From positions 28,582,001 to 28,646,000 of the forward strand of contig NC_042999.1 in NCBI RefSeq assembly GCF_006345805.1: DNA of 64,000 nt. The letters run 5' to 3'. The notes under the pieces were generated by a model. The model saw only the letters and a program-made list of their open reading frames with translations, was not told the DNA's origin and did no database searches. A program made the translations under genes and the position numbers. The stretch is from Octopus sinensis. Taxonomy: Eukaryota. Shown here piece after piece: positions 52,738 through 64,000 of the stretch (its first letter is position 1; the number at the start of each line of letters is the position of its first letter).

Positions 52738-53745
52738 CCTGCACAGATCCCAGATAAAAATTCCCCAAAACAGAAAAATAGCTTTTAGCCAACACATAGA
52801 TACTTGCGCCAACAAAAAAACACCAAACTTCAGAATTTTCCTCCTCTACCAATTTAGGGACGATACAACCTCGAGACAACGAATAAGTAAAGAAAATCTC
52901 TTTATTACAAAATACAAGCCACTTCTTAACGGGTCTACGACAAACAATTAATATACCTCAACTTTAGAATAAAAGAAAAAAATATATATACACACACAAA
53001 TACTACACTCAATAGAATCCATTACTAATCAGCCCCTTCATAGCTATATTTACATTCATATTCTCCCTTCTCTGTTTTTTCTTCTTCTTCTTCTTCCTCT
53101 TCTTCTTCATCATCATCGTTATCATCATCATCGGCATCATCATCATCGCCACCATCATCACCACCATCTTCTCCTTCTCCTCCTTCTTCTTCTTCTTCAT
53201 CATCATCGTTATCATCATCATCGTCGTCATAATCATCACCACCATCACCATCATCGTCATCTTCTCCTTCTCCTTCTCTCTTCTTCTTCTTCTTCTTCTC
53301 CACCCCCTACCCCTTAAGTTTGTCACTAATGTTTTTTAGTATAACACCTACGCTAATTCTATAAGAAGCCTGTCAATATAAAATTCTCCTGAATTGAACT
53401 GAGACTGCCAGCCGCCACTGACCATTCAAAATACGACCATCAGGGCACTCCCAGATTCTCCCACCCCCCTTTCCTCACCAGCCTTCTCTCTACTACCCTA
53501 CCAAGAGCTCACAACTACCTCGAACACACAAGTGCAAACAAGGGAGTCAGAGAAAGGCAGAATGCCACTTAAATCTGAACACTACTATAGAAATATTCTT
53601 TTAAAAAAACTTTTCTTCTAATTTTTCTAAATTTAATTATTTAATCGTTACAGTTGAAAAGGTCTCAAAATGACCGAAACCGGTACTGAAATGTTCACTA
53701 TAAAATTATTTTAGCATTTTCTATTTTTTACTTGTTTTTTCATAT
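52738..53745 (+). mobile_element. Partial tandem upstream copy (long pseudo-LTR): GIY-YIG C-terminus and 3' UTR
   Basis: Matches ~57430-58441 with several single-base indels; ends in (TA)n. Confidence 0.92.
53646..53693 (+). ncRNA. Type I hammerhead ribozyme (pLTR type)
   Basis: cgttacag-TTGAAAA-ggtc-tcaaaat-gacc-GAAA-ccgg-TA-ctgaaatg. Confidence 0.8.
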
Positions 53746-53831
53746 ATATATATATATATATACATAAATACATACATATATACGTATATATACATATATA
53801 ATCATATACATATATATACATATACACACCC

Positions 53832-53886
<55 letters not shown>

Positions 53887-53958
53887 ATGCGTAAGGTGTT
53901 TGAGGACATACATTTTTGGGGTCATTGCTGCATCTTTTTCTAAATTTAATTATTTAAC

Positions 53959-54006
53959 CGTTACAGTTGAAAAGGTCTCAAAATGACCGAAACCGGTACT
54001 GAAATG
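53959..54006 (+). ncRNA. Type I hammerhead ribozyme in the 5' terminal repeat
   Basis: Same 48-nt motif; predicted cleavage 3' of 53998, about 120 nt upstream of the ATG at 54119. Confidence 0.8.
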
Positions 54007-54118
54007 TTCATAAAATTATTTTAGCATTTTCTATTTTTTACTTGTTTTTTCATATATATCAACTCGTGTGTTCCTTTTCACCCTTATACATATCATTAAC
54101 CCACACGAGATACAGAAA

Positions 54119-55354
54119 ATGCCGACAAAAACAGACACAATCACCTCCATAAACGAAGAAATACTGAAAGAACTCAAGAAAATTAACACAAATTTGTCAA
54201 CTTTTTTGAACAAATTCGACTCGACACTTCAACCCAATCGAGAGAACAATGAAGAAACAGATACGAAAAATACAACCTCCGAAATTGTCGAAAACCTTGG
54301 AAACTTATGCGAAACAATTAGAACATTTTTCTCTAACAACGCTAACCAAGGACCTCCAAACGAGTCAATATATGGGATCAATACTCTAACAACATACCAA
54401 ATGAAACACCACATAATACCACAATGGAACAAATCACTCAGAGATAGAAAGTTCGCCTTTTGGAAGATGATCCAAAACAACAACAAAGCGGATATATACG
54501 AAAAATGGCTCAACCGGACCCCGTTAATCCTCCCACGTAAATTCCAGTTCAAAGCTATTACAGAAGAACCTGAAACACAAAGACACCTCAGGGAGAGAAT
54601 GGCACTGGAAAAAATGAAAATGGAAATAGAACTTCTGAAATTGAGAGCCCAAACGAATGAGGATAAAATAAAATCCACCGATGAAGATATCAACGAAGAA
54701 ATTCGCAAAATGACCCAAGGCCCAGATCAAGAGAAGTTCTCAAAACTATGGAAAGAGGACTGTGAAAAAGAAGAACTAAAATCTCTCCAACGCTGGGAGA
54801 AAAGCGCCACTTGGTTCTCAGACTATGAAGCCGTCTTTCAAACAGAGCACGCCTCCAACAACCCTTTCCAGAAAATAAGAAAACCAAAACAACACCCAAA
54901 CACCGATACACACCTCTCTAAAAATCGGAACCTTCACTACTATCAAAAAAAGAATACAGGACCTAACCCTAACTCTGTAAGCAGCCAGCGATACAATATC
55001 AGGAATACCCCCACTTCAAGCAGAGAAAGGATAAATCAACACCCACAGCATAGACACTGCAACCTCATCCCCACCCAAAGGAGTTACCAACGAAATCTTC
55101 GTCCCATTAACCGGTTAAACAACCATGCACAACAAACCCACACCACTTGCAATGATTACCAAGGAAGGCCTCCTAGAACACCACACCCGAATATGGGATA
55201 TCGGGATGCTCTCCTCAATACTGCTCCAAGAACACACACCATAAATCACAACAGGAGACCCCTAATCAACAAAGAACAACTATATACTAGCTACCGTCCC
55301 AACCACCGCATTCATTTTTTAGACCCAATACGCAAACACAGAGACACAAGATAG
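54119..55354 (+). CDS. PLE N-terminal region / ORF1 (411 aa; helical, coiled-coil-like part followed by an N/Q/R/H/P/T-rich tail)
   Basis: Open frame from the ATG at 54119 (the ORF track starts at GTG 54068). It overlaps the RT frame, which is open from 55291. Confidence 0.75.
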   Translation: MPTKTDTITSINEEILKELKKINTNLSTFLNKFDSTLQPNRENNEETDTKNTTSEIVENLGNLCETIRTFFSNNANQGPPNESIYGINTLTTYQMKHHIIPQWNKSLRDRKFAFWKMIQNNNKADIYEKWLNRTPLILPRKFQFKAITEEPETQRHLRERMALEKMKMEIELLKLRAQTNEDKIKSTDEDINEEIRKMTQGPDQEKFSKLWKEDCEKEELKSLQRWEKSATWFSDYEAVFQTEHASNNPFQKIRKPKQHPNTDTHLSKNRNLHYYQKKNTGPNPNSVSSQRYNIRNTPTSSRERINQHPQHRHCNLIPTQRSYQRNLRPINRLNNHAQQTHTTCNDYQGRPPRTPHPNMGYRDALLNTAPRTHTINHNRRPLINKEQLYTSYRPNHRIHFLDPIRKHRDTR

Positions 55355-57642
55355 CACCAAACAAGCAGGAGGAACCAAAAGTAATAAAAATTATTAATCT
55401 AACTCACAAGGAACTAACAGCAAACCAAATAAACATACTTTCCAAAGGACTCAAGTTTACACCCACCCCACAACACCCCAACTACAATGAAATGAAAGAA
55501 GACATCGCAGAATTCTGCAGAAAATTAAGACTTACTGAGGAGCTATACGATAAATACAACGAGGACGAATCGTTAGCCAGAAATAGGAGTAACTACACCC
55601 CCTCGAAAGGTAAGAATAAAACACTTGATGATTTCTGTGACCACATATCAAATTACCCATATCAACATATGCACAAACAAAAACACAAACCAAACTTCAG
55701 CAAAAAAGAATGGGCTGAGTTGAACAAATTAAAACTAGATAAAACAATAACAATCAAAGAGGCCGATAAAGGGAGTGCTGTTGTCTTAATGGATACGACA
55801 TTTTACATAACTTTGGTACTTTCTATGCTGGAAGACACAACATACTATGAAAAGGCACAAAACTACAGTCAACAAAAATAATGAGGGAACTAAAATCCAT
55901 ATTAAACCCATACAAAGCAGGGCTAACCGACAAAGAATATGATTATATGACCAATTTCACAAGTAAAACTAGCCAATTCTACGGTATACCTAAGATCCAC
56001 AAAAGTGAAAAAATAAGCAACGCATGCAAGATAGCTACAGACAAAATAATTAAAGTCCCTAATCCTAATGACCTCAAATTGAGACCCATAATAGCAGGTC
56101 CCGCATGCGAAACCCACCGCCTCAGTAACTTTTTAGACACCCTGTTAAAACCACTCCTCAAACATGTCAAAAGCTATATAAGGGACGATTAGATATGCTC
56201 AATCACCTACCGAATACTATAAACAAAAACACCATACTGGTATCCTTCGATGTAGTCAACCTCTACTCCAATATCCCCCACAACCTAGGACTAGAGGCAA
56301 TCCAATTCTGGCTAGAGAATCACGCCAACGAACTACCACACCGCATCAAAAAAGAATTTGTGATAGAAGGGGTTAAATTCATCCTGGAAAATAACTTCTT
56401 CGCCTTCAATGACAACTTCTACCGACAAAAATCGGGGACTGCGATGGGTACACGAATGGCCCCCTCCTTTGCCAACCTAGTCATAGGATACCTAGAGATC
56501 AGTCTGTATCGTAAGGTTCTAGAAAGATATGGCAGCCCTTTCTCCATCTACATAGAAAACAACTGGAAGAGATATCTAGATGACTGTTTCATCCTTTGGC
56601 ATAAAAATATAGAAAAACTCATAGAATTCCAGAAAATTTTAAACGGACTGGACGTAAACATCCAATTCACGATGGAATATAGCCAACAACAACTCCCCTT
56701 CCTCGATATCCTCATTAAGAAAGCTAATAATATAATAGAAACAGACATATACTATAAGCCTACAGACTCTAAGCAATATCTTCCATTCAATTCATGCCAC
56801 CCCAGACACACCAGGATGAATATCCCCTTCAATCTAGCAAAAAGGATATGCACTATAGTCTCTAACGCAAACACCAGAGACACACGACTACAAGAACTAA
56901 AAGATACCCTAATCACCAGGAACTATCCACCTTCACTTATTGACAAATGCATTCAACGTGCCCTTCAACTTAACATCAAGGAACTGAGACATCCCAAATC
57001 AAAGAAAAACTTACAACCAAAAGCCTTACCATACATCTCCACACACAACCCTCTCAATAACGAAGCCTTCGACACCATCCTCCACAACATACCCCTCCTA
57101 AAAAAAGACCACAGAATGAACACAATCCTCCAAACACACACGATCATAAAAAGCAAAAGACAGCCTAGATCCATGAAAAGTCTCCTTACACAAGCCCGAA
57201 TTCACTCTTCAACACAGAAGCCGACAGTAAAAAAATGTGGAAGACCCAATTGCGGGATATGCGACTATCTAATCGAGGGTTCTGAGTTCTCCTTCAAACA
57301 GGGACAACGTTTTACAGTGAAAAGCAACTTCACATGTGCTTCGGAGAACCTAATATACTCACTAACCTGCTCCGGATGTCAAGAGCAGTACATAGGCCAA
57401 ACAAAAAATGGTTTGCGTAAACGAATGGCCCTGCACAGATCCCAGATAAAAATTCCCCAAAACAGAAAAATAGCTTTTAGCCAACACATAGATACTTGCG
57501 CCAACAAAAAAACACCAAACTTCAGAATTTTCCCCTCTACCAATTTAGGGACGATACAACCTCGAGACAACGAATAAGTAAAGAAAACCTCTTTATTACA
57601 AAATACAAGCCACTTCTTAACGGGTCTACGACAAACAATTAA
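55291..57642 (+). pseudogene. PLE reverse transcriptase + GIY-YIG endonuclease, split by three 1-bp frameshifts in this sequence
   Basis: IINLTHKELTANQINILSKGLKFTPTP (55390-55470), IKEADKGSAVV, FYGIPKIHK, LRPII, LVSFDVVNLYSNIP, QKSGTAMGT, RYLDD (YLDD at 56573-56584), NLIYSLTCSGCQEQYIGQT, end GSTTNN* at 57642. Breaks are at ~55878, ~56190 and ~57533. Confidence 0.92.
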
Positions 57643-57761
57643 TATACCTCAACTTTAGAATAAAAGAAAAAAATATATACACACACAAATACTACACTCA
57701 ATAGAATCCATTACTAATCCCCTTCATAGCTATATTTACATTCATATTCTCCCTTCTCTGT

Positions 57762-57993
57762 TTTTTCTTCTTCTTCTTCTTCCTCTTCTTCTTCATCATC
57801 ATCGTTATCATCATCATCGGCATCATCATCATCGCCACCATCATCACCACCATCTTCTCCTTCTCCTCCTTCTTCTTCTTCTTCTTCATCATCATCGTTA
57901 TCATCATCATCGTCGTCATAATCATCACCACCATCACCATCATCGTCATCTTCTCCTTCTCCCTTCTTCTTCTTCTTCTTCTTCTTCTTCTTC
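57762..57993. repeat. Compound (CTT)n/(CAT)n tract inside the PLE 3' UTR
   Basis: Also present in the copies at ~53068-53298, ~50848-51095 and ~38088-38295. Confidence 0.95.
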
Positions 57994-58337
57994 TCCACCC
58001 CCTACCCCTTAAGTTTGTCACTAATTTTTTTAGTATAACACCTACGCTAATTCTATAAAGAAGCCTGTCAATATAAATATTCTCCTGAATTAACTGAGAC
58101 TGCCAGCCGCCACTGACCATTCAAAATACGACCATCAGGGCACTCCCAGATTCTCCCACCCCCCTTTCCTCACCAGCCTTCTCTCTACTACCCTACCAAG
58201 AGCTCACAACTACCTCGAACACACAAGTGCAAACAAGGGAGTCAGAGAAAGGCAAAATGCCACTTAAATGAACACTACTATAGAAAATTCTTTTAAAAAA
58301 ACTTTTCTTCTAATTTTTCTAAATTTAATTATTTAAT

Positions 58338-58385
58338 CGTTACAGTTGAAAAGGTCTCAAAATGACCGAAACCGGTACTGAAATG
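58338..58385 (+). ncRNA. Type I hammerhead ribozyme in the 3' terminal repeat
   Basis: Same 48-nt motif; predicted cleavage 3' of 58377. Confidence 0.8.
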
Positions 58386-58462
58386 TTCACTATAAAATTA
58401 TTTTAGCATTTTCTATTTTTTACTTGTTTTTTCATATATATCAACTCGTGTGTTCTTTTCAC

Positions 58463-58526
<64 letters not shown>

Positions 58527-58544
58527 GGTATTTACTTGTGCGAC

Positions 58545-58730
58545 TCTATATGATTATTTTTGTGTTTATGTTTGTCCCGTCCACCGCCTAACGACATGTA
58601 TTGTTTTGTTTACGTCCCCGTGAGATAAACCGAGAGAGTCTAATTTAATACTCACTTAAGAGAAATAAATACTGGGTTCGATTGTTTCGACTAAAATTTT
58701 CCAAGCCTTTGCCTCAGCACCGCTGCATTT
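58545..58730 (+). mobile_element. Decayed SINE body (family of 27249-27644)
   Basis: tgtttgtccc..gtttacgtccccg..aaataaatactggg.tcgattgtttcgact resembles 27455-27595. Confidence 0.6.
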
Positions 58731-59044
58731 TGATATCTGTCACAAGCAGAATAATATATATTATGAAAAATAGAACGATGAAGCATGCAATATTGGTGTC
58801 ACTTGAATTTTTATCGAATTTCACAAAATGAAATGCGAGTTCCATTAACAGAGCATGTATCTCATCAGTTTTATATGACAGTTTTTCACTACGGTAAGGA
58901 GGACTCTTGCAAAGATAATCATAGAATATGTAGTTTGTTTCATTTTTTATTTCCAAGAAAACTTTTTCTCAATTTTGATACAGTTGGCGGACCGGTCTCC
59001 CTGGCATCCTCTTTTAACGAAATTGTTTGAACCTGCAGTCCTTT

Positions 59045-59540
59045 TCTCTTTTGTTTGTTTCATGAGTTTGATGCGGCCATGCTGGGGCTCCGACTTGAAG
59101 TGTTTTAGCGGAATAAATCTATCCCAAAACCTATTTTTAAAAAGTTTAGTAATTCTACCGATCACTTTTCCCGAACAGCTAAGTCATGTGGAAATAATCA
59201 CATCAACACTTGTTGTTAAGCAGTGGTGGGCGAGAAACGCACACAGAAAAACACACATATATACATATAGTTGTCTCCCCTGTCAGTATCTGAAAATGTA
59301 CATTTATGCAGCTGTCAATGTTTTTATCTGTCTTTTTCTAGCAATATAGTTGCTACCCGGCACCCTCAGTCACAATAAGTGCCATATGAATTTTTTCACG
59401 TTTGTTTTTATAGTGCCTATAGCTACCTTCGAAATTTTAGCAATATACACTTGTCCAAGATGCCGCGCAATGGGACTTTAACTTGAACCATGTGGTTAGG
59501 AAATAAACATTTTACCACACAACCACAACTGTGCCTGTGT
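59045..59540 (-). mobile_element. Diverged SINE (family of 27249-27644)
   Basis: Minus-strand head gttgtggttgtgtggtaaaatg..ccacatggttcaagttaaagtcccattgcgcggcatcttggacaagtg and tail ggagccccagcatggccgca..tgaaac. Confidence 0.75.
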
Positions 59541-60306
59541 GTATAATTACCTGTTCCAGTGTATATAATTATAACTATATAACAATACACTTGTTGATAA
59601 TAGTATATAATTAAAATGTATATAATTATATATGTTAATAATATATATTATCGATAGAGCGATATGGATATAGATATATATTAAAATAGATATCCATAAC
59701 GATAGATATTCGTACTGATTAGCACTTTCATTGTACTGTTTCTTTCATATAGTTGAAAACAATAGTGCACCATCGTAAGTCGTTTTGTAAGGAAGAAATC
59801 CTTTGTTGTTAATGTGAACTTTATATAGAACTGTAGATACGCCTATTTTTTCATAGTAAACGATAAATTAACTGCATTAATAAGTTTCAACAAATATAAT
59901 TTTTAATTAATTTTCATCCTACGTCTCTATCATATTATGTTTCGTATTAGAAACAAATGCTGAAATGAACAAAAAAAGATCCTAATAGGATTTTTGTGTA
60001 ATCTTCGAGTAATTCACTGATGTAGGTTTTCTCGTTGAAAATTGATTTCTATTGAGGGGAAAAATTAAATTGAAATATTTTCAAGCATAGGTATATGGTT
60101 AGAAACAGGTAAATGAAGTTAGCGTAATTAAATGACATCAGAAGGAAAGTAAACACTGATTCAATTAAGTAACTGAAAGACGAAAAAATCGATTTGCTAT
60201 AAATTTGTCCGATACTTCCAATCACAATGAACAACAAATGCTTATATTATACTACAAACATACGTAGTCACAGATCTCACGAACACAAAACCATAGGTGT
60301 AGCTAC

Positions 60307-60368
<62 letters not shown>

Positions 60369-61379
60369 CTGAGAATATGTTTTTAACTATACATTGTTTT
60401 TATTGGTAATGAATTTCATACGATATATAACTAATCTACCATAGTTATTTTCAGTGTCCTAAAGAAAGAAGAATATAATTTATTGTCAGAGCTCTCCTTC
60501 CACGGATTGCAAAAAAAAAAGGTGGAAATCATTGTCAGGACAGGGGTGTATTTGAAATTTCTGAAAATGTGGACACCACTAAAAGTTATCAAGTCCCACT
60601 AAGTGGATTTCAAAAACGCGATGGATAAACAAAAGTGGATACGTCAGACATATTCCTTCAACAAGATTTCACAGAGTTGCTGTCTTGAAATTTCAAAAGA
60701 CAGTTTCTCTGCAGTGAGATTAATTATAAAATTAGTTGCGGAAAATATCTCTTCGTCACACAGCCATGCTGAATATATTATGGTCGGTGACTGCTCTTAT
60801 TACTGTATTAATACTGATGTTAGTGTTCAGTGAGTTGGCAATTTAAGCTACATACTATATAGTTGCACTGTTGAAAGTATTTAATGTTATATCGCCAGCT
60901 ACGATCGCCGTTAATTAAATTATGAAATCTGTTTAAACTGATTTTGTAAATTCACAACAGATATCACTATAGTATACCCATTTTCTACCGCTTACACTAT
61001 GATATAATTAAATATATTGCAAATGCTGCAGAAAGAACCGAAGTAAATGTTATTGAATTCGACTGGTAATAGATCTTTTCATGGCAGTAATATTGATTTC
61101 AGAAATATTGACAGGAACAAATATTTGTTGAAAGAGAGTACTGAATAACTTCCGATAGATTACTTCTACTAATGACATCGACGTTGTACGGGCCCTCTAT
61201 TATGGGATCGTTTGGCATGACAGAAATAGTAAACAAGTATCCCTCAGGTTTAACACCTTCTAAAACGACACATTGATTATAATGGCCTGCAGACGATTGC
61301 AAAAATAGAGGCATGAACAAAGCTAATATATTTCAAACTCATGCAGATCTGATGCTAAACAACGGAGTCGTAGTCGATG

Positions 61380-61401
61380 CAGCAGCAGCACTAGTAGTAG
61401 C

Positions 61402-61439
<38 letters not shown>

Positions 61440-61490
61440 TAGTAGTAGTAGTAGTGTTGGTGGTGGTGGTGGTAGTAGTAGTAGTAGTAT

Positions 61491-61531
<41 letters not shown>

Positions 61532-61548
61532 GTAGTAGTAGTAGCAGC
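61380..61548. repeat. (TAG)n/(TGG)n microsatellite
   Basis: Visible directly in the sequence. Confidence 0.95.
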
Positions 61549-61744
61549 AGAAGGTTTGCGCCCATAAATTTCTTGCACACATTCAGTTAAGATTTCCAGT
61601 AAACAATATTACGTACATGATTTCCCATCACTTTTGTATAGAGTATAAAGAAAATGATTTAAAGACATTTTCCTCCAGCCATACTTTTGCCATTTATAAT
61701 CCAGATCACTTCATTCCTCTGACTCTTTTATAAATAAGTCTTCT

Positions 61745-62340
61745 TACTGTGAAAATTGCAACCAGCCAGACACGGAGAGGGCCAACGCGTTGTAAATGCA
61801 GAGCTTCTTCTTCCGGGAGATAGAGCAGTGGCGCCAAATCGATTTCCGTAGGACGTACACGGCTCCGGCGGTCATGTTATACCTGGGGTTAATATGCGAG
61901 GTTTTCACCATTGTTGGTGACTGTGGACTCAGTTGGAAGAAGGAGGTGACAAACTCCAGGACGTCGGGGTATATATGGAGGTCGGGAGTGTGCGGATCAT
62001 CACCGACAAGCATCAATGTGGCCTTCTCTCAACTCACACAAAGGACAAGTTTTTCTGGTTTCTCTCAATATATGGTAAGTGCCTCGCTGAGCTGATGAAT
62101 CCAGTTACTGAACAGGATTATATCGATGACTCCGGCCAGATCATCTTACCAGAGTCTTACTCTCATACCATGTAGCACGGGGTCCTGTGGCAGGCTCCGC
62201 CCCAATTGGCTCGAAGTTTTAAGATGTTTAGAAGCTCGATGTCACCTTAGATGAATCTGAGGGGGCGGGCAATGGACTACCAACGATAGAAAGCACTGGT
62301 GGTCACTTTCGGCCCTATGCCCAAGCGACGCCTCTGGGAC
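61745..62340 (-). mobile_element. Decayed RTE-clade LINE RT fragment
   Basis: The minus strand reads AGAVYVLRKSIWRHCSISRKKKLCIYNALALSV, resembling the RTE thumb motif (A..AF..L...IW....IS..TKL.IY.A.V.SVL). The GC content is locally higher. Confidence 0.65.
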
Positions 62341-63901
62341 CACTAGTTTGAGATGATCCAGCTTCATCAAGCATAAGCATGAAGCAAGTAATTAAAATTC
62401 TACTCTACTTAAAATATTGCAGTCGAGAATAACATTCTTAAAAATTACTATAGTTTATTAAAACAAAACTTATAAAACACATTAATGGGGTCGCCCCACC
62501 TAAAGCAAACCAACAGATTTTAAGCCTATGGACTTTTCTTCAGATACATTTCATGTATAGCCCTAGTAAATTTTACTATTTTCAGAAAAAAATATTTAGA
62601 AATACAGTAGAATTCACCATAATTACTATGAGAAAATTGAAAGTAGCAAATTAGGTGAAGTAACGAATAAGCCAAAAACGCACTACACTAATTCTGCTGC
62701 ATTAATACTCACTTATGAATTTTACTTATTTTCCAGATTTTTTTTTCTTTTGTAAATCGGGAAGAACTGACTGAGCATATGTTTGATTTGAAACAATTTA
62801 ATGATCATTCTACTGGAATGTTTTGTTTGTTTTTTTTGCAATGGGATTACAATTGAAGTGAAAAAAAATCTTTGTGATATTATTTACAACTTCATATTAT
62901 ATTGTTTGTACTTGAAACATCTAAATAAAATCACTATTTTAATAGTATATTTCAGAAGACATGATTAAATTTTTTTTTTACTTAAATTTACTTTTGATTA
63001 TTTTTGTACCATGTTTTTAAAGATATACTTGTTTCTCAGATTCATATAATGAATAACATAAATTATCTCAAATTTACCTAATATAATGTATATTAATTTT
63101 TAAAATGTCATTCTCAGCTGCAATATTTTAAGTACAGCTGAATTTAAACTCTAAGTACTTCTTAGTTCCCTTTAGAGCAGACTAATTAGGCAAATTCAAC
63201 TGTAAGAATATTTTTCTGTACTTTTCTAGGTGTAATAACTTAAGAATACCAACATGCATGCGACCTCATTTTTCTAATGTAATCCAGTTTTTTCAGGCAA
63301 TGCAATAAAACTAATAAATTTTATGTTGTATTTCTTTAAGTTTCACATTTTGTTAAATTCTAAAGAGAATAAATACGTTGCCTGAACTGGTTTTTGTTGC
63401 ATGGGCTAATATAAAAATGATCTAAAAATGCAAAAAATAGCCAATGCATCCCGCATAAGGTAGGATGTGCTACCTGCTCTTATTAGGGCAAAGTTTGTCA
63501 GTCGAAATTCATGCAAAATAAAAGTAAAACCTGCAATTCAGCCACTGTTCTTGTCAACATAATTGAAAAGGAAAACTCTGAATCCTGCTACTCTGAAATA
63601 CAAACTCGCAATCTGAAAGGATACCCTAAGAAATAATAATCGAAATTCTGCTACTCTTAGTATTGAATGAATATTTAAAAGCAAACAAAAACTTATTAAA
63701 ACTTAAGGAGTTCTTACTTTGGTCGTCGTAATGCTTGGATGTCGCTTGTTTAATAAAAATTCCTCCTCGCTTAATGATTTTACTTTCATTTCGTGCAGAA
63801 AATACCAACATCTAAATGCTCATTTTTGATTTCATGAAAATGATAAAAATTTAAATCACACTAGCATTTTTCTGCAATAAGCATGTACGTATTTATGTAC
63901 G

Positions 63902-63953
<52 letters not shown>

Positions 63954-64000
63954 CGTGCGCGTGTGTGTTTGTGTATGTATGTATATATATATATATAAAT

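Larger units (their letters stand above)
53935..58465 (+). mobile_element. Near-full-length Penelope-like retroelement (RT + C-terminal GIY-YIG; Neptune-like)
   Basis: ~150-bp direct terminal repeats (53935-54083 and 58314-58464), each containing an HHR. The coding region carries RT and GIY-YIG; the 3' end abuts (TA)n. The Cys-rich linker CGRPNCGIC..C before the endonuclease suggests the Neptune group (inference). Confidence 0.93.

Noticed and set aside
62088-62135. CTGATGA followed by an atcc/ggat hairpin
   Set aside because: There is no GAAA after the stem and no stems I or III; it lies inside the RTE remnant.
63420-63820. Possible exon on the minus strand (ag/gt boundaries)
   Set aside because: All three frames contain stops, and there is no homology evidence.

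Overview
AT-rich, microsatellite-dense eukaryotic DNA. It is probably an octopus/cephalopod genome, inferred from the tRNA-derived SINE types and repeat landscape. No host gene exon could be supported; the window is almost entirely mobile elements and simple repeats. Two target-specific retroelement clusters dominate. (1) At ~7-16 kb, a pile-up of 5'-truncated R4/Dong-type non-LTR retrotransposons (RT end, CCHC, restriction-like endonuclease) from several families sits inside (TAA)n tracts. (2) At ~37.6-58.5 kb, a Penelope-like element (PLE; RT + GIY-YIG, Neptune-like) is present as one near-full-length copy (53935-58465) plus inverted and partial copies, with ends in (TA)n. The main result is a cluster of type I hammerhead ribozyme (HHR) motifs, folded by hand. 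There are five identical copies of a minimal U3:A8-variant HHR in the PLE pseudo-LTRs, and two unrelated non-coding tandem elements (492-bp and 480-bp units, 44.9-47.3 kb) carrying one HHR per unit. These tandem elements look like retrozymes (candidate circRNA-forming, non-autonomous retroelements) inserted in the same (TA)n target as the neighbouring PLE. A decayed fourth HHR type lies at ~30.5 kb. Folds and alignments were made by eye; ribozyme activity and novelty are untested.
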